Shown: piece by piece, positions 9,218 to 17,913 of the stretch
Position numbering within the stretch: the first letter of the stretch is position 1
Layout: every line of letters starts with the position of its first letter
Source of the DNA: Fimbriimonadales bacterium
Lineage (GTDB): Bacteria > Armatimonadota > Fimbriimonadia > Fimbriimonadales > Fimbriimonadaceae
Assembly: GCA_038212035.1 (NCBI GenBank)
Contig: JBBQUZ010000010.1
Location: 2,662-66,661, forward strand
Length of the DNA stretch: 64,000 nucleotides
Reading direction: 5' to 3'
Notes under the pieces: model-generated
Seen by the model: the letters and a program-made list of their open reading frames with translations, nothing else
Databases searched by the model: none
What the model was told of the DNA's origin: nothing
Program-made: the position numbers and the translations under genes

Positions 9218-9291
9218 TTTTCAAAATAGGCTCAATGCGGCAAATTCACGGAGCGCCTGAATTTGTCTGATCGCCGCGGGGTCCAGGCCTT

Positions 9292-9539
9292 TCAGAACCC
9301 TCGCCTGCGGCGGCCGGTTCGTCCGCTGCGGGAGAGGGCCGGGTGAGGGTGAATTCCGATTCCTAAACTGTCCCTTCCGCAAATGAGCAGCCCCGTGCGT
9401 GCCGCCGGCTCTGAGGACACGGTAGTCTTTTAACCCTCGGCGCCCTACAAACGGGTCAGTAATCGACCCCCTCATCCCAACCCTTCTCCCCCAGTTTTCG
9501 GAAAAACTGGGGGAGAAGGGCTCAGAACCCTCGCCTGCG
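9292..9539. repeat. GC-rich intergenic element bounded by 18-nt direct repeats, with an internal perfect 18-bp hairpin
   Basis: tcagaaccctcgcctgcg occurs identically at 9292-9309 and 9522-9539. A perfect hairpin has arms cccttctcccccagtttt (9481-9498) and aaaactgggggagaaggg (9503-9520) around a 4-nt loop. An imperfect inverted pair is gggagagggccgggtgagggtg (about 9330) versus ccctcatcccaacccttctccc (about 9468). Confidence 0.55.
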
Positions 9540-9545
9540 ATCGGT

Positions 9546-9587
9546 CCAAAAAAGAAAGACGCCCATTGAGCACGGGGCTCAATGGGC
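9546..9587 (-). terminator. rho-independent terminator downstream of the response-regulator gene
   Basis: An 11-bp perfect stem pairs gcccattgagc (9561-9571) with gctcaatgggc (9577-9587). On the minus strand it is followed by a TCTTTCTTTTTTGG run. Confidence 0.7.
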
Positions 9588-9608
9588 GCAGGACGAGAGT
9601 TCAGCGGA

Positions 9609-10013
9609 CTATAGATCGTAGCGCTTGGGGCCGCCAGCCTCGTCGTTGCCTTGGGCAATTCGCTTCACAAACGTTACGAGTTCCATGGGGTTGAAAGGCT
9701 TGGTGAGATACATGTCTGCACCGTAGTGATACCCCTCAAACACATCTTTATCCTGGGCCTTAGCCGTAAGCATAATCACGGGCAGAGATTCCGTTTCGGG
9801 TTCGCGCCGAATGGTTTTTAGGACTTCAAATCCATCCATGTACGGCATCATCACGTCAAGGACTACGAGATTCGGCTTTTCGGACCGAATTTTTTCAAGT
9901 CCTTCTTTTCCATCAAAGGCAGTGACTACGATGTACCCCTGTCTCTCCAGGTTAACTTGAATCAGGCGCACGATATGGCGCTCGTCGTCACACACCAAAA
10001 CTTTAAGGGGCAT
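9609..10013 (-). CDS. single-domain response regulator (CheY-like receiver)
   Basis: 134 aa. MPLKVLVCDDERHIV...LVVLDVMMPYMDGFEVL...VIMLTAKA...YLTKPF contains the receiver-domain DD, the phospho-acceptor D, and the T and K residues. Confidence 0.9.
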   Translation of the reverse strand: MPLKVLVCDDERHIVRLIQVNLERQGYIVVTAFDGKEGLEKIRSEKPNLVVLDVMMPYMDGFEVLKTIRREPETESLPVIMLTAKAQDKDVFEGYHYGADMYLTKPFNPMELVTFVKRIAQGNDEAGGPKRYDL

Positions 10014-10181
10014 AGATTCTCCTGGCTCCGAAAACTGAACTTGAACGCATGCTACCCGATGGCACGCCGCATGTCAAAGGGTCTCGCGAAGCAGAATACC
10101 GTTTTGCAGTTCACTTCGCAGACCTTAGTCTAATAATAGCGTAGCTCAAATGCGAGATGCGAATTTAGCAAAGGTATCCTG

Positions 10182-11003
10182 ATGCCAGTGAAACTGTGTC
10201 GGTTCGAACTCAAATCTGCGCCCGGGCAAGCCCGGTCTGGCATGGTTTACAGCGGAAAGATCTACGAAACAGACGGGGCGAACCCGGTTGCGGTGCATGA
10301 AGCCGAAGACGTAAGACCGTTGGCACCCATCCCACTCCCCCCCAGTTTAAGAATTTTTCGCTCAGATTGCCAAGCGGATCCTCTGGAGGGCACCGAAGAA
10401 GATCCTCGATTTTTTTACGGAAACCCCGCTTCGGTTGTGGGATCCGGCCTCGTTATTCCGTTTCCCGAGTTTGCGGTTGAGGTTGGCGTGGTGCCGTGCA
10501 TCGCGGCCATTCTTCTTGCCGACGGATTTAGGGTTGATCTTGCAGAAGCCGACGACTTGATTTTGGGCTACACGTTGGTCAACTTTGTGGTGGCCAAAGA
10601 GGTTGAGCGAGCCGAACGGCGCAGCGGCTCGGGCTTTGGTCGATCTCACGATATTGCCGCCGCTATCGGCCCGGTAATTACCACCCCCGAAGAATTAGAA
10701 GATGAGCTTAATCTTCAGGGGAAGGGTCGCCATTATCAACTGACCTCGATTCTGAGAGTCAATGGGGTTGAAGTGGGCCGAGGCACCACCGACGACCTAC
10801 CCTTTACTTTTGCTCAGGCCATCCAATCCGCCAGCCAATCCTGCCCGTTGAGAGCCGGAGATGTGATTGCTTTAGGGCCGATCGCCGAATTAGAGTCGGG
10901 TGAGATCACCATTGGACCCGAAGATCAGGTTCAACTCGCCGTAGAAAAACTGGGGACTTTGTCCCTCCTCCTCTCGCCTAGATCTGAACTTGCTTATGAG
11001 TAA
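10182..11003 (+). CDS. fumarylacetoacetate hydrolase (FAH) family protein
   Basis: 273 aa. The overall pattern is FAH-family: an N-terminal SH3-like segment RFELKS...GMVYSGKIYE and a C-terminal GDVIALGPI...G.L motif. Its end overlaps the next gene by 14 nt. Confidence 0.7.
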   Translation: MPVKLCRFELKSAPGQARSGMVYSGKIYETDGANPVAVHEAEDVRPLAPIPLPPSLRIFRSDCQADPLEGTEEDPRFFYGNPASVVGSGLVIPFPEFAVEVGVVPCIAAILLADGFRVDLAEADDLILGYTLVNFVVAKEVERAERRSGSGFGRSHDIAAAIGPVITTPEELEDELNLQGKGRHYQLTSILRVNGVEVGRGTTDDLPFTFAQAIQSASQSCPLRAGDVIALGPIAELESGEITIGPEDQVQLAVEKLGTLSLLLSPRSELAYE

Positions 11004-12228
11004 CATTGCCAAATTCACCCTGTCTAACGGGGTCCGTGTTGTTGTTGAACCCGTTTCTTACGTTCGCTCGGCGGCGATTGGGCTCTGGTGCAAGACCGGT
11101 AGCCGACACGAACTGGACAACGAAGCGGGCATCACCCACCTGATAGAGCACATGCTCTTTAAGGGTACCGAGCGCCGAACGGCGCGGGAGATCGCCGAGT
11201 CCATTGAGGGTCGCGGAGGCTCGCTCAACGCCTTCACAGACAAAGAAAGCACCTGCTATTACGCCAGGGTTTTGGCCGACGACGTGAGCAACGCGGTGGA
11301 TGTTCTCACGGACATGATGCTACATTCGCTGATGGACCCAGAAGAACTGGGTCGCGAAAAGGGCGTGGTTCTAGAAGAAATCAAGCGAAGCCAAGACGAG
11401 CCAAGCGACCATGTGCACGAACTCCACTTAGGTTACCGATGGGGCAACCATCCCCTGGGCAAGCCCGTGATTGGAACTCCAGAGTCTGTTAGCTCTTTTG
11501 GTGCCAATGACATTCGTGCTTACATGGATCGCAGATACCGAGGGGATCACGTGTTGCTATGCGTCACCGGGAACACGACGCCAGAACTCGTTCGCGACGC
11601 GGCAGAAGCCGCATTGGGGAAAATTGCGCCGTCGGGTAGCGATGAAACGGTAACTCGACCGGAAGGTAAAGCATCGGTAAATCTAATCAGTAAAGATGCC
11701 GAACAAGTGCATTTCTGCGTTGGGTCAGATGGAACTTCCATCTATGACGATGAACTGTACGCACTGGTGGTACTCGACGCGGCATCTGGCGGTAGCATGT
11801 CTAGCCGCCTGTTCCAGGAAATCCGCGAAAAGCGCGGATTGGTTTACTCGGTGGGCAGTTACACGCTCAGTTACGGAGCCGGAGGAGCCTACACCGTCTA
11901 CGGAGGAACCAGCCCCGAAACTTGGGAGCAAGTACAAGAACTGATCCGAATTGAGTTTGACAAGCTGATGGCCGACGGGCTAACCGATGACGAATTAAAA
12001 CGCACCAAGCGCAACATTCAGGGCAACATTGTGCTGGCATTAGAGGGCATGAGTGGTCGGATGATGCGGATCAGCAAAAATGAACTTCATCACGGACGCG
12101 AGATTCCCATTGATGAAACCATCGCCAAGATAGAAGCGGTGACAAATGACCAGGTCGTTACATTAGCCCGTCGCGTTTTTGATCCCGCTAAAGTTAGCAC
12201 CACCGCAATTGGCCCCTTCTCCACTTGA
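10990..12228 (+). CDS. M16-family (pitrilysin/insulinase) zinc peptidase
   Basis: 412 aa. The inverted zinc motif HxxEH is present (HLIEHMLFKGT), followed by a downstream Glu region, as is typical of M16B. Confidence 0.85.
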   Translation: MLMSNIAKFTLSNGVRVVVEPVSYVRSAAIGLWCKTGSRHELDNEAGITHLIEHMLFKGTERRTAREIAESIEGRGGSLNAFTDKESTCYYARVLADDVSNAVDVLTDMMLHSLMDPEELGREKGVVLEEIKRSQDEPSDHVHELHLGYRWGNHPLGKPVIGTPESVSSFGANDIRAYMDRRYRGDHVLLCVTGNTTPELVRDAAEAALGKIAPSGSDETVTRPEGKASVNLISKDAEQVHFCVGSDGTSIYDDELYALVVLDAASGGSMSSRLFQEIREKRGLVYSVGSYTLSYGAGGAYTVYGGTSPETWEQVQELIRIEFDKLMADGLTDDELKRTKRNIQGNIVLALEGMSGRMMRISKNELHHGREIPIDETIAKIEAVTNDQVVTLARRVFDPAKVSTTAIGPFST

Positions 12229-13880
12229 TGCACCGGACTCATTACATGGCAACCCAATCCCCCGCACCGTACCTACCGTCACCCATCGCGAGCCCGGAAA
12301 CCATGCTGGTTGCGGTCGTCAGTCGATCTAATTCCAAGGATGAACTCCTTCAGGAACTTGTGACAACTTGGCAAAACCTCAACCAGGCCGAAAGTTGCGA
12401 CATTCTATTTCGGGAACCGGGGGATGGATTAGTGTTAAAGGCAAGCACGGTGTTTCCAGAACGAGTGAACCGGCTCAAGCTGGGAAAAGGCGTGGGTCTC
12501 ACGGGCAAGTGCTTGGTCGCGGAGACTCCGATCTTTGTGTCTGAAAATGTGCAAGGAGAACCGGGCTTTGCTAAGTATCCCGGGACCGATGATCACGTGT
12601 TTGATGCGTTTGCCGCCTTGCCGCTTCGGAGTGGAAATGAAGCCCCCTTTGGAGTGCTCCTGGTTCGCCGAATCGACAGCTGGAAATTCACCGACGAAGT
12701 GAAGGCTCAGTTGCTGAGTTTAGCTGAGACTACGGCGGCCATTATCCAGGGCTACGGAGTGGCATTTCAGGCCGGAGCGCAAATCAATCGGCTGGGTGCC
12801 CTAAGCGAAGTTTCTAAGACAATTGCGACGAGCCCGTACGTGGAAGAAATTCTTCAATTGTTGGTTAACCTCACGGCTCAGCAATTTAATTACCGTGTGT
12901 GCACGGTTCGTTTGCTGGATGAGAATCGGGGCGAATTGGTTTTAAGGGCCACTCAAGCCCCCGCAAAAGCGTATCAGCGAAAGCGTGCGATTAAGTTGGG
13001 GGAATCCATCGCGGGCCGAGCCATTGCGGAGAATCGACCGATTATTGTGCGCGACGTGTTGGTAGAGGAAGACTACATTGGGCATGACCTCGCCGTGGAG
13101 CAAGGTTTGAGATCCATGATATGCGTGCCGATGACAATGCAATCCAAGCCGATCGGTGTCCTAAGTTGTTACACCAGCGAAGTTCACGACTTCACCCCGG
13201 ATGAGATAAAAGCCTTGGAAACCCTATCCAAACAGGCGGCAGTATCTATTGCTCACGCCAAATTGCAGGTGCGCAACACCCTGATGCAAGAAATGCATCA
13301 CCGGGTTAAAAATAACCTTCAACAGGTAGCTTCCCTGCTGCGCTTGCAGATGCGTCACAGCAATTACAAGTCCATGGAAGAGGCGCTTAACGACTGCCTG
13401 TCGCGAATCCTTGCCATCGCATCGGTCCATGACCTTCTGAGCCGAGACGACCTTGATCACGTGGGGATTCGGTCTATTGCCGAGTCTTTGGTTCATCACC
13501 AGCAAAGTTCGTTCTTGTTGCCAGACCGAACCATTCAGTTTGAGGTCCGCGGGATAGACGTTCGGCTTAACATGACCCAGGCCACCCAGCTGGCATTGGT
13601 GCTCAACGAACTTATTCAGAACGCGATTGAACACGGATTTAAAGACACGGTGAAAGGTGAGGTCCACGTAAATATCGAGGAGAACGAGGATGAAATTTCC
13701 ATCTGGGTCTCCAATTCGGGCGACGCCCTTGTCGATGATTTTGACCCTTCGGTGGTCAGCCACCTGGGACTAAAAATTGTTGACAACTTGGCCCGCTCAC
13801 TGGGTGGCCGGTTCAAGATGACCCAGGTGCTGGGATGGACCGTGGCTGAGGTCAAATTCCCGCGTGCCACGGGAGAATAA
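12225..13880 (+). CDS. sensor histidine kinase with two GAF domains and a HisKA_2-type dimerisation/phosphoacceptor domain
   Basis: 551 aa. The H-box HHRVKNNLQQVASLLRLQ is HisKA_2-type. The N-box LNELIQNAIEHGF and G-boxes of HATPase_c are present. Two GAF-like segments precede them. The start overlaps the peptidase stop as ATGA. Confidence 0.85.
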   Translation: MMHRTHYMATQSPAPYLPSPIASPETMLVAVVSRSNSKDELLQELVTTWQNLNQAESCDILFREPGDGLVLKASTVFPERVNRLKLGKGVGLTGKCLVAETPIFVSENVQGEPGFAKYPGTDDHVFDAFAALPLRSGNEAPFGVLLVRRIDSWKFTDEVKAQLLSLAETTAAIIQGYGVAFQAGAQINRLGALSEVSKTIATSPYVEEILQLLVNLTAQQFNYRVCTVRLLDENRGELVLRATQAPAKAYQRKRAIKLGESIAGRAIAENRPIIVRDVLVEEDYIGHDLAVEQGLRSMICVPMTMQSKPIGVLSCYTSEVHDFTPDEIKALETLSKQAAVSIAHAKLQVRNTLMQEMHHRVKNNLQQVASLLRLQMRHSNYKSMEEALNDCLSRILAIASVHDLLSRDDLDHVGIRSIAESLVHHQQSSFLLPDRTIQFEVRGIDVRLNMTQATQLALVLNELIQNAIEHGFKDTVKGEVHVNIEENEDEISIWVSNSGDALVDDFDPSVVSHLGLKIVDNLARSLGGRFKMTQVLGWTVAEVKFPRATGE

Positions 13881-13934
13881 AGCTATGAGCCTCAAAAACC
13901 TGCCAGATTTCGCCGGTACTATTTCTAAGGTGAT

Positions 13935-14909
13935 ATGACTCCGGAAATTCTGGCCACGGAACTAGAGAAAGCCACTGAGGAAAGCATTAAGCGCCTTGGG
14001 GGCAATACGGTAGCTCGGCGTCCTAGCCACCGTCAATTCTTCCACTGGCCTCCCCATCCCATCAGCTACAGCTTTCATGTTCTGGCTACCGATTGGACGG
14101 GGCATGAGACATTTATCGCCCATAACGAAATCTTTCGGGTGCGGGTTGCCCAGACACCCCACGGAATCTTCGGACGATGCGAAGAAATTTGGCACGAAGA
14201 TAGGGGTGACTCATTTGAGGAAATGCTCCAAAATCTGGCGAAGTCGTCGGAACCTCTGTTCCACCGCCAGCTCCAGACTAATCAGACCCTTGGTCGAGAA
14301 GGGAGATTCACGGGGCATATCCGGGATTTGCCGGCAATTGACCTACTGCAACTTCTCTACTGCGAAAATAGAGACGTGGCCAACGAAGCGAAAGTCCAAA
14401 TTGAAACCCACGCTAGCTCAGACATTTTCCTGCCCGCCCTTCTCACCATTCTCCGGGATCGTCGGCACCCCCACCGTAGATCGGCGCAGTGGTGCGTTCT
14501 TGACTTATTTGAGGACTTGGTTAGCTTTGCCGCCACGGAAACAGAGCAGCATGCCGCCACCTTGGCCATCAAAGACCTAATTTGGGATGCCGAAGACGAT
14601 TACGCCAGAACCATTTATAAGGCGGGAGTGGTTCTGGGTGGTCATATGCCCGATGTTTTTGGGGCACCGATCCTCCTCGAATGCATTCACGCCCCCAGCC
14701 GATTTGGCCGTCGAAGCGCCATTCACGGACTATTTCATGTGGTGGAATGGGCACCTCGCTGGCGCGAAGAAGTCGTCGGGGCACTCCTGGCGGAAGCGGC
14801 GAAAGAAAAGATCCCCCAGCTAAAGGAGTTTGCCTTAGGGATGGCAAGAGACATTGCGGAAGGCGAAATCGAACATGTTCCCGAACCGGTTTTTGCCGAA
14901 GAGCTTTAG
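13935..14909 (+). CDS. hypothetical protein with HEAT-like repeats in the C-terminal half
   Basis: 324-aa ORF with good coding appearance. It contains repeated helical segments (LLQLLYCENRDV...ALLTILRDRRHPHRRSAQWCVLDL...). I recognised no catalytic motif. Confidence 0.5.
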   Translation: MTPEILATELEKATEESIKRLGGNTVARRPSHRQFFHWPPHPISYSFHVLATDWTGHETFIAHNEIFRVRVAQTPHGIFGRCEEIWHEDRGDSFEEMLQNLAKSSEPLFHRQLQTNQTLGREGRFTGHIRDLPAIDLLQLLYCENRDVANEAKVQIETHASSDIFLPALLTILRDRRHPHRRSAQWCVLDLFEDLVSFAATETEQHAATLAIKDLIWDAEDDYARTIYKAGVVLGGHMPDVFGAPILLECIHAPSRFGRRSAIHGLFHVVEWAPRWREEVVGALLAEAAKEKIPQLKEFALGMARDIAEGEIEHVPEPVFAEEL

Positions 14910-14930
14910 ACCGGTACACTTCATTCTCCC

Positions 14931-16460
14931 ATGAGTGAAGAGCTTTCGTTACGTGACGTCCGCCTGGGCAAGCTAGCACGCTTGCGAGAACTGGGTCAAG
15001 ATCCCTATTCGGTTGAGACTTACCACACTCCGAAATCTGCGCAATCCCTGCTGGATGAATTTGAAGCGGGTCAGGTGGTCTCGTTCGCGGGACGTGTTAT
15101 TTCCTACCGCCTCATGGGTAAGGCGGGATTCGCTCACCTAAGCGACGGCGATCAGCGGATTCAAGGCTATTTCCGCAAAGACGACTTAAGCGAAGTTCAA
15201 TGGGAGGTTTACAACCTTCTGGATATTGGTGATCACCTGGGCATAAAGGGAGAACTTTTTCTCACCAAGACCGGTGAGAAATCGATCCATGTACGGGAAC
15301 TCACGCCCCTCAGCAAGTCACTCAACACCCTGCCTATTGCCAAGGTAGACAAGGATGGACACGCATTTTACGGACTAACGGATGTGGATCAGAGGTATCG
15401 CCACCGCCACTTAGACTTGATTGTGAATCCCGAAGCGCGACGAACGCTTATCAATCGAATGAAGATTGTGAGTGCCGTTCGTCGATACTTTGAAAACAAC
15501 GCTTATCTGGAAGTTGAAACTCCCTTACTCCAGTTAGAGGCGGGGGGAGCGGCGGCACGCCCCTTTGTCACCCACTTTAACGCTTACGAGATGGACGTCA
15601 AGCTTCGTATTTCCCTGGAACTCTATCTCAAACGATTGATCTGCGGCGACATTCCACGCGTGTTTGAGATTGGGAGGGTGTTTAGAAACGAGGGGGTTTC
15701 TAACCGGCATAACCCTGAATTCACGATGCTGGAATTCTACGAGTCATACGGCAACCTGGAAACCATGATGATGCGGGTGGAGGAATGCTTTAGAGCGGTT
15801 GCCTTGTCGGTTTTCGGCAAGACCACCGTAGAATTTGGAGCCGAGGGAGCTGAACGCACCCTCGATTTTGCACCCGATTGGAAGCGAGTTGACCTGCTTA
15901 CCGAAATCGAACGCCACACGGGGCTTCAGGCGGAGGATTTTAAGGATCTCAACGTAGCCATCGCCAAACTGCGAGAACTCAATGTAGTTGAGAAGGCGAA
16001 GGCAGTGGGCGGCTACATCGATCTCAACAAAGAACAAAATCTAGGGGGGTTGATTGAGAAGCTCCTGGAGGTCTTTGTAGAACCCACGCTTCAGGACCCC
16101 ACGTTTGTAGTGGGTTATCCCATTGAAACGTCGCCTCTGGCCAAGAAAGACCCCCAGAATCCAAAGATGACTCGCAGGTTTGAAGGCTACGTTTTAGGAC
16201 GCGAGGTCTGTAACGCCTTTAGCGAAATCAACGACCCCGTTGACCAACGAGAGCGGTTTGAACAGCAAATGGGAGAGAGAGCCAAGGGTGACGACGAAGC
16301 CCATCCGATGGACGAAGACTTCTTGTTAGCACTGGAATCGGGGATGCCACCCACTGGAGGTTGCGGGATTGGATTAGACCGTATGGCGATGCTCTTAACC
16401 GGAGCTGACCACATCCGGGAAGTGCTTCTCTTCCCGTTTATGCGGCCAAAGGCGGAATAA
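14931..16460 (+). CDS. lysS: lysine--tRNA ligase (class II)
   Basis: 509 aa. It has an OB anticodon-binding domain and class II motifs (FRNEGVSNRHNPEFTMLEFY, GGCGIGLDRMAMLL). Confidence 0.95.
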   Translation: MSEELSLRDVRLGKLARLRELGQDPYSVETYHTPKSAQSLLDEFEAGQVVSFAGRVISYRLMGKAGFAHLSDGDQRIQGYFRKDDLSEVQWEVYNLLDIGDHLGIKGELFLTKTGEKSIHVRELTPLSKSLNTLPIAKVDKDGHAFYGLTDVDQRYRHRHLDLIVNPEARRTLINRMKIVSAVRRYFENNAYLEVETPLLQLEAGGAAARPFVTHFNAYEMDVKLRISLELYLKRLICGDIPRVFEIGRVFRNEGVSNRHNPEFTMLEFYESYGNLETMMMRVEECFRAVALSVFGKTTVEFGAEGAERTLDFAPDWKRVDLLTEIERHTGLQAEDFKDLNVAIAKLRELNVVEKAKAVGGYIDLNKEQNLGGLIEKLLEVFVEPTLQDPTFVVGYPIETSPLAKKDPQNPKMTRRFEGYVLGREVCNAFSEINDPVDQRERFEQQMGERAKGDDEAHPMDEDFLLALESGMPPTGGCGIGLDRMAMLLTGADHIREVLLFPFMRPKAE

Positions 16461-16553
16461 GGATTACCGGTTAACCGAGCCAGTTGTCTAAACACTCGCG
16501 AGCCCTACACTCCCATTTTTCGGCGTTGATCTCACTTACCGGGGACGGGAAAC

Positions 16554-16583
16554 CTAAACGGTCGTCCTCGGATGACCGTTTAG
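16554..16583. terminator. hairpin between convergent lysS and the secreted-protein gene (possible bidirectional terminator)
   Basis: A 10-bp perfect stem pairs ctaaacggtc (16554-16563) with gaccgtttag (16574-16583). The T-tract is weak (ctttct). Confidence 0.5.
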
Positions 16584-16604
16584 CTTTCTGAAGCACTGAG
16601 TGGC

Positions 16605-17315
16605 TTAATCGTTCAATCGAGTGAACTTGAACTCGCCGTCCATCTCGGGGGCGGAAGCCTGGGGGCTCATGGATTTAAAAGTGCCTTCGACGCTGACCAT
16701 ATCGTGCGTGGTGGCATCAAGGAAAATGAATCCTTCACCCGTGCCTGCCTGACCAGTTTCTTTGTACTTGTAGCCAACCTTCACGCAATCCTTAGTGCCC
16801 ACCTTTTCAACACCAATCAACTCATAATCGATGGTGGCGGGGATGATTCGCGCGACGTCTGAAGCCTTAAGAACCTTCGACCATTTCTCTCCCTTGGCAA
16901 CTGGTTTATCAGCCACCAACACGTGGGTCGCGGCCGAAAGCATTTCCCCCAGCGCGGTAGATTTGTCCACCTGAGCCTTAAGCACGTCACCCTTGGCGCT
17001 TACCTTGCCGGTCGTAGGCGGAGAATCGGGTAGATCTTGCTCGACTTGTTCCCCCATTTTCAGTTTTGCGTCGGTTTGAGCTCCCTCCACGGAATAGTCG
17101 CCGTTTGCATCAACGGCGAGCACCTTACGATGACCGACCGAATGAACAGTCACCTCAAATTGATCAGAGTGGAGCGAGATCGCCACCGCAAACTTAGCGG
17201 TGTCTCCCACTTTTGGAGAGTAGGTTAGATCGAATGTATCGTCGGGGCGGGACGCAGAGGCCAGTGCGACCAGGGAAAGGAGAAGGCCAAGAGCAACCGG
17301 AGGTTTCATTCCCAT
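16605..17315 (-). CDS. secreted hypothetical protein (signal peptide, beta-rich)
   Basis: 236 aa. The signal peptide is MGMKPPVALGLLLSLVALASA. I recognised no known domain. Confidence 0.6.
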   Translation of the reverse strand: MGMKPPVALGLLLSLVALASASRPDDTFDLTYSPKVGDTAKFAVAISLHSDQFEVTVHSVGHRKVLAVDANGDYSVEGAQTDAKLKMGEQVEQDLPDSPPTTGKVSAKGDVLKAQVDKSTALGEMLSAATHVLVADKPVAKGEKWSKVLKASDVARIIPATIDYELIGVEKVGTKDCVKVGYKYKETGQAGTGEGFIFLDATTHDMVSVEGTFKSMSPQASAPEMDGEFKFTRLND

Positions 17316-17365
17316 AAGTTACACGGAATTGCCCCCCGATTCGGTGCCTATTTAGGCACAACGAC

Positions 17366-17680
17366 CTAAAATTCGCTAAGTGCTACGGCCAAATCTGCGC
17401 AGGTTACGGAGCACCGCTCGTTGCCGCTACCCACGCCGATGGTCATCTGAACCAATTTACCGTCCGATTCAAAGGTGAGTCCAAGCAAATCGTTGTTCAG
17501 AACGGGGTTAGGTCCGGTCATTTGCTGCAGAACATACAGGGGTAATTCTTCTTCCACTTGCCGTCCCGCAAAGTCGGCGGCAATCTGAAGTTCAACGTTG
17601 TCTGCCCTTCCCTTTGCGAGAGTAAGGAAAAACGGAGTAACTCGACCGTGAACGTCGGTGATCGGAACATCTGGCACCAC
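17366..17680 (-). CDS. hypothetical protein
   Basis: 104-aa ORF that fills an otherwise empty interval. I recognised no motif. Confidence 0.3.
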   Translation of the reverse strand: MVPDVPITDVHGRVTPFFLTLAKGRADNVELQIAADFAGRQVEEELPLYVLQQMTGPNPVLNNDLLGLTFESDGKLVQMTIGVGSGNERCSVTCADLAVALSEF

Positions 17681-17913
17681 CTAATTTTACCAATCGAGAT
17701 TCCTCCAAATGTTATCGCTGAATTTGCGCCACCTGGCAGTTCGTGATATACTAAAATCTGCACGTTGTGCAAATTCACCGGAGGGACCCCAATATGACCA
17801 GATTTGTAAACACATTTGCCCCATCCGGATTGATCACGTATTGATCATTCTTTGTCTGATTGTGATCAGGCGAACAGTTCAAATTCAAAGGGCCGGATGG
17901 CCTAATCTCCACC

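Noticed and set aside
9221-9658. 145-aa minus-strand ORF in the LacI / response-regulator intergenic region
   Set aside because: It spans the direct repeats, the 18-bp hairpin and the terminator. The Pro/Arg/Gly-rich translation is typical of GC-rich repeat DNA, and it overlaps the end of the receiver gene.
13224-13763. 179-aa minus-strand ORF
   Set aside because: It is antisense to the histidine-kinase catalytic domain, which has clear H-, N- and G-boxes.
14077-14979. Overlapping ORFs 14077-14580 (+), 14569-14979 (-) and 14587-14938 (+)
   Set aside because: They are alternative frames of the 324-aa HEAT-like ORF. Their basic, Arg/Ser/Pro-rich translations carry no motifs.
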